DNA of 64,000 nucleotides from a virus (Duplodnaviria; Caudoviricetes). Where the stretch lies: positions 544 to 64,543 of the IMG/VR virus record IMGVR_UViG_3300010354_014876; one strand, given 5' to 3'. Positions 39,459 through 48,992 of the stretch are shown here, piece after piece. The notes under the pieces were generated by a model. That model searched no databases. It was given only the letters and a program-made list of their open reading frames with translations, and had not been told where the DNA came from. The position numbers and the translations under genes are program-made. Within the stretch, counting starts at the first letter, position 1. Every line of letters begins with the position of its first letter.

Positions 39459-41672
39459 TTGGCTGCAGTTAATAAGAATTTTGTAATTAAGCATGGTGTT
39501 GAGGTAGGTGATAATTTAATTTTTGGTAATAAAGATCAACTCAAAGTTGGTATTGGCACTACAAATCCAGCATTTACTCTTGATGTTCGTGGTGGTATTG
39601 GTGCAACTTCTGTTTCTGTAGGACAGACAATTACAGCAAACAGTGGAGTAGTAACTAATTTTACAGCAAAGAATCTTACAATAAATGGTGGAACTCTTAC
39701 TGCTGGTGGATCTGCTGGAACAAGTGGACAATATTTAAAATCGACAGCAACTGGTGTTGAGTGGGCAACATTTCCAGCTGCTAGAGCATCAACTTTTCAC
39801 ACAGCAACTGTATCTCAAACTACATTTACTTCAACCTATTACGTTGGTTTACTTGATGTTTATGTAAATGGTGTTAAGTTAGCAAATACTGAATTTACAG
39901 CAACTGATGGGACAAATGTAATATTATCTAATTCGTGTTTTGGTGGAGAAATTGTAGAAATAGTTGCATATGGAATAGTTGCTACTGGTGTCGGTGGCAC
40001 TGGAATTCAAGGTTTGACAGTTAAAAATGGAGGCACAATTGTAGGCAACACTGCTGGTGTAACTTCAATTGACTTTGTTGGTGCCGCATTCTCTGTTTTT
40101 GGTCCTGGTGCTGGTCTAACAATTACTCTTAACCAAGAGGCAAATTGGACAACAACTTTTAATGGACTTTATAATGTTGGAAATGTTGGTGTCGGAACAA
40201 CTTCAACAGAATATCCATTAACAGTAGGAACACCTGGAGTTGGTGGAACATCACTATTTGTAAATGGTGATGCAAGAATTACTGGAATTTTAACAATTGG
40301 AACTGCTTCGGTCACAATTGATGGTTCATCCAATACGATTACTGTTGGATCTGGAGTAACTATCAATGGATCTACTGGAGAGATTGTTGCTTCCAGTCTC
40401 ACTCTACCCACAGGTGCTCTTGGAGATTATGCAAATGTTGCTGGAATTTCAACAACTGCTCAAGGACTCACTGGAACTCCAAACATTACTGTTGGAGTTG
40501 TAACGGCTTCATCAGTAACTGTTGGTTCTGCAGTTACAATTAATTCTTCTGGAATTAATGTCTCAGGTACAACAACTGCAACTTCATTTGTAAAAAGAGG
40601 TGGAACTTCTTCACAATTCTTAAAAGCTGATGGATCTGTAGATTCAAGCACTTATCTAACTTCATATACAGAAACAGACACTATAGACTCTGTTCTTGGT
40701 AGAGGAAGTTCTACAACTAAAGGAATGAGTGTTGGAGTTCTGACTGCTACTTCTTTAAGTTTTAGTGGTACTCTAAATTCTTCCGGTGCTAATATTTCTG
40801 GAATCACAACTCTTTCTAGATTAAATGTTGGAACTGGTGGAACAATTGTTACAACAACTTCTGATGGTCTGATCGGAATTGGAACAACAAATCCATCAGC
40901 AACTTTAATGATTGTTGGTAGTACCGGTGCAACTAAAGATGCAAGAATTGTTTTAAGAGATACATCTTCGGATGCACCAGAAGGTACAGTAACTTCTGTA
41001 GACTTCCAAGATAGCACTGGAACTCTTAAAGGTTATGTTGGTGATAGATACTCTGCTAAAGATACGATTCAATTAAGTTCTGCAGGTAATTTGTCATTAG
41101 AATCCAACAATTTAGAAAGAGTTACAATTCTAACCACTGGTGAGGTTGGAATTGGTACAACAATTCCAAAATCGGGATCAAGTTTGCAAGTTGGAACTGG
41201 TGTGACAATTTATGGAAACTTGGGTATCGTAAGTGCTACTGCATATTATGGTGATGGGAGTAATCTTTCGGGAGTTAGTGGACTCTCTGGAAGAACTACA
41301 GCAACTGTAACAACTGCATCTATTGGTGCTGGAGCAACTGCTGATGTTACAATCACTGGATATAAAACATATTCACTCTTAAAAATTGGTGTTACACATG
41401 CTGCTTGGGTTGTTCTTTATACTGATACTGATAGTAGAGTGAGTGATGCTGCAGGTGCTTCTGGTGGTAGAGATCAATACACTGATCCAGTACCAGGATC
41501 TGGAGTTATTGCAGAAGTGATTACTGGTGCAGGCGGAACAGTTCTTATGACACCAGCAGTTATCGGTTGGAATAATGATGGAACTACAAACGTTTATGGT
41601 AGAGTAGTAAATCTAACAGGATCTTCGGTTGCAATCGGAGTTACTCTCACCATGGTTAAGATGGAAAGTTAA
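39459..41672 (+). CDS. tail fibre protein
   Basis: NKNFVIKHG, repeated VGIGTTNP, DVYVNGVKL, YGDGSNL; GATAAATA at 39416. Confidence 0.8.
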   Translation: MAAVNKNFVIKHGVEVGDNLIFGNKDQLKVGIGTTNPAFTLDVRGGIGATSVSVGQTITANSGVVTNFTAKNLTINGGTLTAGGSAGTSGQYLKSTATGVEWATFPAARASTFHTATVSQTTFTSTYYVGLLDVYVNGVKLANTEFTATDGTNVILSNSCFGGEIVEIVAYGIVATGVGGTGIQGLTVKNGGTIVGNTAGVTSIDFVGAAFSVFGPGAGLTITLNQEANWTTTFNGLYNVGNVGVGTTSTEYPLTVGTPGVGGTSLFVNGDARITGILTIGTASVTIDGSSNTITVGSGVTINGSTGEIVASSLTLPTGALGDYANVAGISTTAQGLTGTPNITVGVVTASSVTVGSAVTINSSGINVSGTTTATSFVKRGGTSSQFLKADGSVDSSTYLTSYTETDTIDSVLGRGSSTTKGMSVGVLTATSLSFSGTLNSSGANISGITTLSRLNVGTGGTIVTTTSDGLIGIGTTNPSATLMIVGSTGATKDARIVLRDTSSDAPEGTVTSVDFQDSTGTLKGYVGDRYSAKDTIQLSSAGNLSLESNNLERVTILTTGEVGIGTTIPKSGSSLQVGTGVTIYGNLGIVSATAYYGDGSNLSGVSGLSGRTTATVTTASIGAGATADVTITGYKTYSLLKIGVTHAAWVVLYTDTDSRVSDAAGASGGRDQYTDPVPGSGVIAEVITGAGGTVLMTPAVIGWNNDGTTNVYGRVVNLTGSSVAIGVTLTMVKMES

Positions 41673-41673
41673 G

Positions 41674-43416
41674 ATGAGAAACTACGTAGTTACTCTCAAA
41701 AATAAAGAAGATCTTGATGGTTTCTATAAAGACATGGAAACCATCAATAGAAAAGGTCCTGATAAAGTAATTCCAGGAAGAAAAATTGAATGTGCAGTAA
41801 GAAGACCGATCAGTAGAAATACTGTTTATCTTTTAACAGATGAAGAAGCAGAAGAAATTAGAAAGGACCAAAGAGTTTTAGCAGTAGAACTTACATTTAA
41901 AGAGCAGGGGATTAAAATAATTCCTCACTGGCAACAAACTGCAGATTTTGATAAGGATCCAACTGGACCTAATGATAAGAACTGGGCACTTTTAAGATGT
42001 TGGAATGGTGGACCTATTTCTGGTTGGGGACTAGGTGGATCTTTTCTTGATTATAATACAACAATTGACACTACAAGCAGTGGGAAAAATGTTGATGTTG
42101 TAATTACTGATGTTCACATTCAATTTGATCACCCAGAATTTGCACTAAATCCAGACGGAACTGGTGGAAGTAGAGCAGTTCAGTTAGATTGGCTTCAGTA
42201 CAGTACAGAAGCTGGATATGTTAGTAATGGTTCTTATGATTATGGAAGTTTTGAAGCAAATCATGGAACTCATGTTGCGGGAAGTGTAGCTGGAAATACT
42301 CAAGGATGGGCAAGATCAGCAAATATCTATAGTATGCATTATGCATATCCAAATACAATTCCTTCTGGATCTCCTGCTCCTGGTGAGGTTGTAGTTGGTG
42401 CTTTGGGTTGGACTGAAGTTCTATTTGATTATATTATTGCGTGGCACAATAACAAGGAAATAAATCCAAATACTGGAAGAAGAAATCCTACAATTGTAAA
42501 TGCAAGTTGGGGAGCAGCTGAAGTTGATTCTGATGGAGGACTGATTGCTACATCACAATTAACACAATGGGTTTACAGGGGAACAACTACGAATGTTTCT
42601 AATCCATCATCATCCTCAGTTAATGCAGTAGGATTAATTACTGTTGATATAAATGAAAATGCAGATCCTAATGGAACATACTTACCTTACCTTCCAATTC
42701 GTTCTGCTGCTCTTGATGCTGATGTTCAAGATGCAATTGATGCTGGAATTGTGATCGTAAGTGCTGCTGGAAATACTTATTGGTATCATGATGTTCCAAC
42801 AGGAAATAACTACAATAACACATTTACTTATACCAGAGCTAATGGATCCTCAAGAACGGTTTACTATCATAGAGGTGCTTCTCCAGCAGCAGCAACTGGA
42901 GTAATTAGTGTTGGTGCTGTAGACATATATGTAGATGAACGAAAAGTAGACTTTAGTGATTTTGGACCAAGAATAGATGTTTTTGCACCTGGTAGATATA
43001 TTATGTCTTCTGTTTGGGCAGCTGAATCTGGATATACTTTAATCAATGATCCTCGTGATAGTAATTATAAACTTGCGAGATCATCTGGAACAAGTTTTGC
43101 TTCACCTCAAGTTGCAGGAGTTCTTGCTTGCCTAGCAGAACAGGAACCAAGAATGAATCAACAAGATGCTAGAGATTACATAAATTATGTCGCAACCCAA
43201 GATCAAATAGGAAATACTGGAGATGGAAACCCTCCAGCAGTAAATTTTGATTGGACCGATCATTTGGATCTATTAGATTCTCCAAACTTATATCTTTATT
43301 ATAATTATGAAAGGCCTATTGGTGGAATGGCATCACCAAAAATGAATTATAAGAGAAGACCATCAAGTGGTGCTGTTTATCCTCGTTACAACCGAACTAA
43401 AACTTATCTCAACTAA
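41674..43416 (+). CDS. subtilisin-like (S8) serine protease
   Basis: VDVVITD, HGTHVAGSVAG, SAAGN, SGTSFASPQVAG. Confidence 0.9.
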   Translation: MRNYVVTLKNKEDLDGFYKDMETINRKGPDKVIPGRKIECAVRRPISRNTVYLLTDEEAEEIRKDQRVLAVELTFKEQGIKIIPHWQQTADFDKDPTGPNDKNWALLRCWNGGPISGWGLGGSFLDYNTTIDTTSSGKNVDVVITDVHIQFDHPEFALNPDGTGGSRAVQLDWLQYSTEAGYVSNGSYDYGSFEANHGTHVAGSVAGNTQGWARSANIYSMHYAYPNTIPSGSPAPGEVVVGALGWTEVLFDYIIAWHNNKEINPNTGRRNPTIVNASWGAAEVDSDGGLIATSQLTQWVYRGTTTNVSNPSSSSVNAVGLITVDINENADPNGTYLPYLPIRSAALDADVQDAIDAGIVIVSAAGNTYWYHDVPTGNNYNNTFTYTRANGSSRTVYYHRGASPAAATGVISVGAVDIYVDERKVDFSDFGPRIDVFAPGRYIMSSVWAAESGYTLINDPRDSNYKLARSSGTSFASPQVAGVLACLAEQEPRMNQQDARDYINYVATQDQIGNTGDGNPPAVNFDWTDHLDLLDSPNLYLYYNYERPIGGMASPKMNYKRRPSSGAVYPRYNRTKTYLN

Positions 43417-43443
43417 TAAATAAAACATAGGGGTTCTACAGAG

Positions 43444-44811
43444 ATGGCAATTAACAGAGAGTTATCACAATTTGCGAGTTTTGTAGAAGTTGATAATACT
43501 TCTAAGAACATTGGAATTGCAGTCACAGCAACTCCTTATGTTGGTATTGGAACAACTAATCCAATTGCAAAGCTTGATGTAGTTGGGAAAGTAGAACTTG
43601 ATGATGTTAATATCTCTGGAGTTACCACAGCAGCAAGAATTGGAGTAACTGGACTTACTACTTCTTTAAATCTAAGTATTTCTGGTATTGCATCAGTTGG
43701 AACTGCCATTACAATGTATGGTGCTACTGGTATAATCAGTGCCTATAAGTTTTATGGTGATGGTTCTGGACTCACTGGAACTATTAGTGGAATTGGTATT
43801 CGCAGTGAAGGTGCTGATATTGGTTATGGCGCTACAATTATTGATTTTAAAGGTCCCGGTGTTTCTACAATTACCAATATCTCTGCTGGTATTGTAACGG
43901 TATTCTTTGAAGGTGGTGGTGGTGGATCAACGATTGATAAAGAGACCTTCAATGTTGGTGTTGGTGGAACTAGTTTAGTTACTTTAACAAGTCCTTATAC
44001 TGCAGGTAATATTGATGTTTTCCTGAATGGTCTTAAATTAGTACCCACTACAGATTATACGGAAACAAGTGCTAATGTAATTACATTAACAATTCCAGCA
44101 GTTAATGGTGATGTAATTGAGACAGTCTCTTTTGCAACAGTTGGTGCATTAAATGATATTGGTCTTGCAGTTCAACAAGATAATGTTGCAATAGCATCCA
44201 GTATTTCCACATTTAATTTTGTTGGTGGTGCAAATACTTATTATAACCGTGGAAATAATATTCTTGACATTTATCCAAAAGTAACGCAAATCTATAAACA
44301 ATCATTTACTGTTGGTGTTGCAGGAACTAATTTACTCACACTTACGGTTCCATATACTGCTGGTAATATTGATGTTTACCGAAATGGTATTAGATTAGCA
44401 TCTGGTGATTTCACTGAGTTATCATCAACTACTGTTGGATTAGCAACAACAGCAGTTTCTGGAGATATTGTTGAAATTCAATCATATGAAACACTGGTAA
44501 ATTCATCATTAGGAGTTGGAATTCAATCTTCTTCACTATCAATAGGATCATCAATAACAACTCTAAACTTCATTGGTGCTGGAAATACATTTTTAAATAG
44601 AGGAAATGGAGTTGTTGATATTAGTATTCAAGGTGGTGGAGGTGGAATATCTACAACTGGAATTGCAACAGCTGCAATATTCTCAAACTTCCAATTCATA
44701 TATGAAAATCAAGACTTAACCGCACCAAATCATAATTATGGTGTATTTGGACCAATTGGTATAGTGTCAACAATAACGGTTGGTGTTGGCAATACCTTCG
44801 TTGTTGTATAG
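43444..44811 (+). CDS. tail fibre-like protein (head of fibre-tip cassette A)
   Basis: GIGTTNP, FYGDGSGLT, two YTAGNIDV(F/Y).NG repeats; AATAAATA at 43415. Confidence 0.75.
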   Translation: MAINRELSQFASFVEVDNTSKNIGIAVTATPYVGIGTTNPIAKLDVVGKVELDDVNISGVTTAARIGVTGLTTSLNLSISGIASVGTAITMYGATGIISAYKFYGDGSGLTGTISGIGIRSEGADIGYGATIIDFKGPGVSTITNISAGIVTVFFEGGGGGSTIDKETFNVGVGGTSLVTLTSPYTAGNIDVFLNGLKLVPTTDYTETSANVITLTIPAVNGDVIETVSFATVGALNDIGLAVQQDNVAIASSISTFNFVGGANTYYNRGNNILDIYPKVTQIYKQSFTVGVAGTNLLTLTVPYTAGNIDVYRNGIRLASGDFTELSSTTVGLATTAVSGDIVEIQSYETLVNSSLGVGIQSSSLSIGSSITTLNFIGAGNTFLNRGNGVVDISIQGGGGGISTTGIATAAIFSNFQFIYENQDLTAPNHNYGVFGPIGIVSTITVGVGNTFVVV

Positions 44812-44822
44812 GGAGGTAAATT

Positions 44823-45047
44823 ATGTCTAACTTAAGAGTCAACACAATCACAAATCTTAATGATAATGGTCCCGTAGAATTTTCAAAAGGTGTTGTAATT
44901 GGTAGTGGTAAAACTATAAATGGAAGTGTTAATGTAACAGGTGTTGTAACTGCCACTTCTTTTGTTGGAAATGCTGCTGGAATTACTTCATTTATTCCAA
45001 ATGAAGTAACTAAGTCAAGATCTATTGCTTACACTTTCATAACATAA
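44823..45047 (+). CDS. small fibre-associated paralog A1
   Basis: LRVNTITN....GPVEF..G...VTATSFVG...KSRSIAY. Confidence 0.7.
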   Translation: MSNLRVNTITNLNDNGPVEFSKGVVIGSGKTINGSVNVTGVVTATSFVGNAAGITSFIPNEVTKSRSIAYTFIT

Positions 45048-45051
45048 AATC

Positions 45052-45273
45052 ATGCCAGACTCAAAAGTTAAAGTAAATTCAATAGAGGGTTATGATCCTG
45101 TAGGACCTGTTGTTCTTGGTTATGGAGCTTCAGTTCCTATTATTACTGGTAGTGGTGGTATCAATGTTACAGGTATCATAACAGCAACATCTTTTGTTGG
45201 TTCTGGAGCAAATTTAACTGGTTTGTCCATTGCAACTAAATCAAGATCAATTGCTTATAATTTTATAACTTAA
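45052..45273 (+). CDS. small fibre-associated paralog A2
   Basis: VKVNSIEG...GPV...ITATSFVGSGANLTG...KSRSIAY. Confidence 0.7.
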   Translation: MPDSKVKVNSIEGYDPVGPVVLGYGASVPIITGSGGINVTGIITATSFVGSGANLTGLSIATKSRSIAYNFIT

Positions 45274-45277
45274 ACTC

Positions 45278-45523
45278 ATGTCAAAAATTAAAGTCAACAC
45301 CATTGTAAATAAAAACGATAATGGTGCTCCAGAATTATCAAAAGGCGCAACAATTCCAAGTGGACAAGTTTTATCTTCTTCCTCAGGAATGAACGTTACT
45401 GGAATTGTAACTGCTTCAAGTTTTGTTGGTAATGGCAGCAATTTAACTGGACTATCAATTTCAACAAAAGGTCAAGCAATTGCATATAAGTTGATATTGA
45501 AATTTGACGAATTTGCTTCTTGA
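45278..45523 (+). CDS. small fibre-associated paralog A3
   Basis: IKVNTIVN...GAPEL..GA...VTASSFVGNGSNLTG. Confidence 0.7.
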   Translation: MSKIKVNTIVNKNDNGAPELSKGATIPSGQVLSSSSGMNVTGIVTASSFVGNGSNLTGLSISTKGQAIAYKLILKFDEFAS

Positions 45524-45564
45524 TACAATCAACAGATCATAAATAACTAAAAAGTAGTAATAAA

Positions 45565-45921
45565 ATGACAAGAGCTTCAGATGTTGCTAGTTTCTTATCT
45601 GGTGTAGGTCCTTCAGGTCAACCGACTACTCTTGGTGTAGGATTTACTGTAACAAATAGTGGTGATGTTAAAGTTGGTGGGGCATTAACTGTCAGTGGCA
45701 TAGTTACTGCTGCGTCTTATTATGGTGATGGTAGTAACCTTAGAGGTATTGTTTCTGGTGTAGGGATTTCAACACTTGGTGGAGTAGTTGGAACTGCAAT
45801 TACTTCATTGGTGTTCAGAGGGTCTGGTATTTCTACTGTAAGAGCATCAGCAGGTATTGCAACCATCAATGTTGAAGGTGGTGCGGTTGGATTTAATAAA
45901 ATCAATTATATTTTCAATTAA
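45565..45921 (+). CDS. small tail-fibre-like protein
   Basis: MTRASD start, VTAASYYGDGSNL; CATAAATA at 45538. Confidence 0.7.
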   Translation: MTRASDVASFLSGVGPSGQPTTLGVGFTVTNSGDVKVGGALTVSGIVTAASYYGDGSNLRGIVSGVGISTLGGVVGTAITSLVFRGSGISTVRASAGIATINVEGGAVGFNKINYIFN

Positions 45922-45948
45922 TTCTAAATACTATTAAAAAGAAAAACT

Positions 45949-46322
45949 ATGGCTGCTCCTAATATTGCAAATTTAACCACTATTCTTGGGTTACGACTTC
46001 TATAACTCTTACTACTTCTTCACAAACTGTAGTAAATAATCCCAGTTCAAGTAATAAGGTTTTAAAAATTAACACTATTTCGGCATCAAACGTTAGTGCT
46101 TCGACTGCAAAAGTAACTATTCGTTATGCTCAAGGAGCTGCTGGTGCAGGAACAACTGTTTCACTTGCAAATGGAATTGATGTTACTGCAGGTTCAACTT
46201 TAATCGTTCTTGACAAATCATCCACAATTTATCTTGAAGAAAATCGTTCTATTACTGCTTTAGCTAGTGCGAATACAGCAATAGATTTGGTAATATCTTA
46301 TGAAGATATCACCAATGTTTGA
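45949..46322 (+). pseudogene. frameshifted paralog of 49340..49714 (virion protein)
   Basis: MAAPNIANLTTILG then one base missing at CTTGGGTTACG (~45988-45991); shifted frame continues VTTSITL...IYLEENRSITA...SYEDITNV*. Confidence 0.8.
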
Positions 46323-46344
46323 TATTAACTGAGGAAAACGTAAA

Positions 46345-46920
46345 ATGGCAGATCCAAACGCACTGTATTCTTATAAAGGATCAGAACCTCAACCACTTCC
46401 TCATGAAATTTTTTGGAAGGAAGATTGGGGACAAATTACATATAGAACTGATGCAAACACTTTTACCGAAGAAGAACTTGTAAAAGCAGGTTATACAGGT
46501 CCTTATGAAGTTCCTAGCATTGATATTGAATTGCAAACAAGAAGATGGGATTCTGAAAATTTAACTTATGTTGTTGAAGACATTTCAGAAGAAATTCTTT
46601 GGGATAAAGTTCGTCAACAGAGAAATAATCTTCTATTAGCATCTGATTGGACAATGGCAGCAGATGCTCCAGAGAGATTAAATTTTCGTGAATGGGAAAT
46701 GTATCGTCAAAGACTAAGAGATATTACAGAAAATTTTGAATCACCAAAAGATGTAATTTGGCCAGAAAGTCCAGAAGGTCGTCCGGATGAAGATTTTGAT
46801 CAACCAAGAGTTTATGAAGATCGTATCCTTTGGAGAATTCGTGATTTGGAAGCAGTTGTCAAAAGACTTACTACAGAGGTATTTTCACAATCCGTAGGTA
46901 TTTCATCAACAGGGGTGTAA
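46345..46920 (+). CDS. tail fibre assembly chaperone-like protein (cassette A)
   Basis: WDKVRQQRNNLLLASDWT..ADAP...W..YRQRLRDIT....P..V.WP. Confidence 0.8.
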   Translation: MADPNALYSYKGSEPQPLPHEIFWKEDWGQITYRTDANTFTEEELVKAGYTGPYEVPSIDIELQTRRWDSENLTYVVEDISEEILWDKVRQQRNNLLLASDWTMAADAPERLNFREWEMYRQRLRDITENFESPKDVIWPESPEGRPDEDFDQPRVYEDRILWRIRDLEAVVKRLTTEVFSQSVGISSTGV

Positions 46921-46923
46921 TTC

Positions 46924-47628
46924 ATGGCACCATATCGTCCTACACATATTAATAAAAGAGCATATCCAGGAAATGCGAATGTTGTTGGTCCAACAACAAG
47001 AGCAACAGTAGGAGTTACAACAACTCAATGTTGTGTATGTAATTGCACTCTTTGCGGAGCAGCTCAATTAACTTATACCCTTGGTTGTAGGTTTTTGCCA
47101 ACAGCATATCCTTGCTGCCACTGTTGCTGTTGTTGTTCATGTACGATATATGATCGTACAGTTCCAGGTGGAATGTGGAAATCGAGTGAGCAGTGGGAAG
47201 CAAAATCAGTAAGAGATGCTTGGGGAGATGATAATTGCGTAACTGGACCTCAAATAGGATTTTGTGCTAATTCCGGTACAATAACTGGTTGTACAACTGA
47301 TTGTAAAGGATTTCTTATTAGTGGTACCAACTGGTTTGTTGCTCCTTCCTGTACACAAGTGGCTACAAATTGGTATTCTCGTAATGATGCAGTAACTGTA
47401 GCAAACTCTCTTATGGGTAGTTTGGGATGGTTTGTACCATCCATGGGCCCACTACAAAATCCAGGATATACTTGTAGAATTTATTGGGATTCGTACTCCG
47501 CCACTAGCTACTGGAGTAGTGAAGAGTTCGATGCTAGTAACGGTTGCTTCGTGCGCTTTACTAATGGTGTTGCGGACCGCTTCAGTAAGTCGAACACGAT
47601 CTATGTTCGTGCCTTCAGAAATGGGTGA
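46924..47628 (+). CDS. Cys-rich protein with C-terminal DUF1566/CLec-like domain; putative receptor-binding DGR target
   Basis: CCVCNC and CCHCCCCCSC runs; WFVPS...L.NPGY, YWSSEE...VRF.NG...K.NT.YVRAFR. Confidence 0.75.
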   Translation: MAPYRPTHINKRAYPGNANVVGPTTRATVGVTTTQCCVCNCTLCGAAQLTYTLGCRFLPTAYPCCHCCCCCSCTIYDRTVPGGMWKSSEQWEAKSVRDAWGDDNCVTGPQIGFCANSGTITGCTTDCKGFLISGTNWFVAPSCTQVATNWYSRNDAVTVANSLMGSLGWFVPSMGPLQNPGYTCRIYWDSYSATSYWSSEEFDASNGCFVRFTNGVADRFSKSNTIYVRAFRNG

Positions 47629-47736
47629 TTTATTGAATTTTGTAATTTTACAGTAGTGCAATAAAAAATTCTAGGTAAATTTTGTCCTCATTTTTAGGAA
47701 CGTAGTTTAGAGGAATAAACTAATAACTCTTTTTGT

Positions 47737-47744
47737 TATAAATA
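47737..47744 (+). promoter_or_regulatory. T4-type late promoter starting cassette B
   Basis: TATAAATA 18 bp before ATG 47762. Confidence 0.75.
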
Positions 47745-47761
47745 ACTAAAAAGACTATAAG

Positions 47762-48115
47762 ATGACAAAGGCACGGGACATATCTCGTTATGGTTTAGGT
47801 GTTGGTATTCAATCTGGTAGCAATACGATTAGTGGAGTTGGAATCACTCAACTTAACTTTATCGGTGCTGGTAATACCTTTAGGGTTGCTGGTGGAACTG
47901 TTGATATTAGTATTCAAGGTGGTGGTGGAGGAGTTTCTACCACTGGAATTCTGTCTTGTAGAGCTGTTGCAAACTCTTCACTGATTTTTGAAAGTCTTGA
48001 TCTTGGTGACAGTTTTAATCAAGGCACAAATTATGCAATGATTGGACCAATTACAGTAATTGGTTCTGGCACCACCGTAACTGTAGGTGCTGGTGTATCC
48101 TACGTCATCATCTAA
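47762..48115 (+). CDS. small fibre protein, paralog of the C-terminus of 43444..44811 (cassette B)
   Basis: GVGIQS...LNFIGAGNTF....VDISIQGGGGG.STTG...NY...GPI shared with 43444 protein. Confidence 0.75.
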   Translation: MTKARDISRYGLGVGIQSGSNTISGVGITQLNFIGAGNTFRVAGGTVDISIQGGGGGVSTTGILSCRAVANSSLIFESLDLGDSFNQGTNYAMIGPITVIGSGTTVTVGAGVSYVII

Positions 48116-48126
48116 GGAGAGGAATT

Positions 48127-48405
48127 ATGTCAGTACTTAGAGTTCAAAAAATAACAAATGAAGCAGGAACAGGACCTGTAGAATTTACTAAAGGTGTTAA
48201 TTTTCCAGCATCTCAGAATTTCACTGAGAGTGACATGGTGATTAATGCTCCAACTGGAATTGCCACAGTGACTTTTTTAAGAGCATCCAATGTAAATGTT
48301 TCTGGAGTTTTAACAGCAACTTCATTTGTTGGTAATGGTTCAAGACTAACAAATACTCCAGGAACTCGTTCTGGAAAAGTTATTGCTCTCCACTTAATTA
48401 GTTGA
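48127..48405 (+). CDS. small fibre-associated paralog B1
   Basis: LRVQKITN..G.GPVEF.KG...LTATSFVGNGS.LT. Confidence 0.7.
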   Translation: MSVLRVQKITNEAGTGPVEFTKGVNFPASQNFTESDMVINAPTGIATVTFLRASNVNVSGVLTATSFVGNGSRLTNTPGTRSGKVIALHLIS

Positions 48406-48414
48406 GGAATAAAA

Positions 48415-48693
48415 ATGCCATCACAAATTAGAGTAGATAGTATTTCAAATTTAAATGGATCTGGAGCAGTAGAACTAACTTATGGTGCAAGTATTCCTTC
48501 TACTGGGAAAGTAAAAGTTGAAGGGAACATTAATATTGCAGGAGTTTCAACCGTTGGATTTTTAACAGTTACAAATGCAAATATTTCTGGAGTTATCACT
48601 GCAACATCTTTTGTTGGTGATGGAAGTGGATTAACTGGAATCCCTGTGGCAACTGAAGCAAAAACAATAGCCTTTGCAATTATAGGTTCTTAA
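48415..48693 (+). CDS. small fibre-associated paralog B2
   Basis: IRVDSISN..G.GAVEL.YGA...ITATSFVGDGSGLTG. Confidence 0.7.
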   Translation: MPSQIRVDSISNLNGSGAVELTYGASIPSTGKVKVEGNINIAGVSTVGFLTVTNANISGVITATSFVGDGSGLTGIPVATEAKTIAFAIIGS

Positions 48694-48695
48694 AA

Positions 48696-48992
48696 ATGGC
48701 AAGACTTAGAGTTAACACTATTGTAGATAGAAATGATAGTGGTCAACCATCATTACCTTATGGTGCAACTATTCCATCTGGACAACGTATAAATGTCAAT
48801 GGAAATATAAATTTAACCGGAATTTCTACAGTAGGATTTGTAACTGCTTCTTTCGGTTCAAATATTTCTGGAGTTATCACTGCAACATCTTTTATTGGTG
48901 ATGGAAGTGCTCTTACCGCAATCCCAACTACGACGATATCAAAAGCAATAGCTTTAAAACTTTTAATGGATCCTCTGCCATTTAGATCATGA
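48696..48992 (+). CDS. small fibre-associated paralog B3
   Basis: LRVNTIVD...YGATIP...ITATSFIGDGS; 51-bp near-identical to 48578-48628. Confidence 0.7.
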   Translation: MARLRVNTIVDRNDSGQPSLPYGATIPSGQRINVNGNINLTGISTVGFVTASFGSNISGVITATSFIGDGSALTAIPTTTISKAIALKLLMDPLPFRS

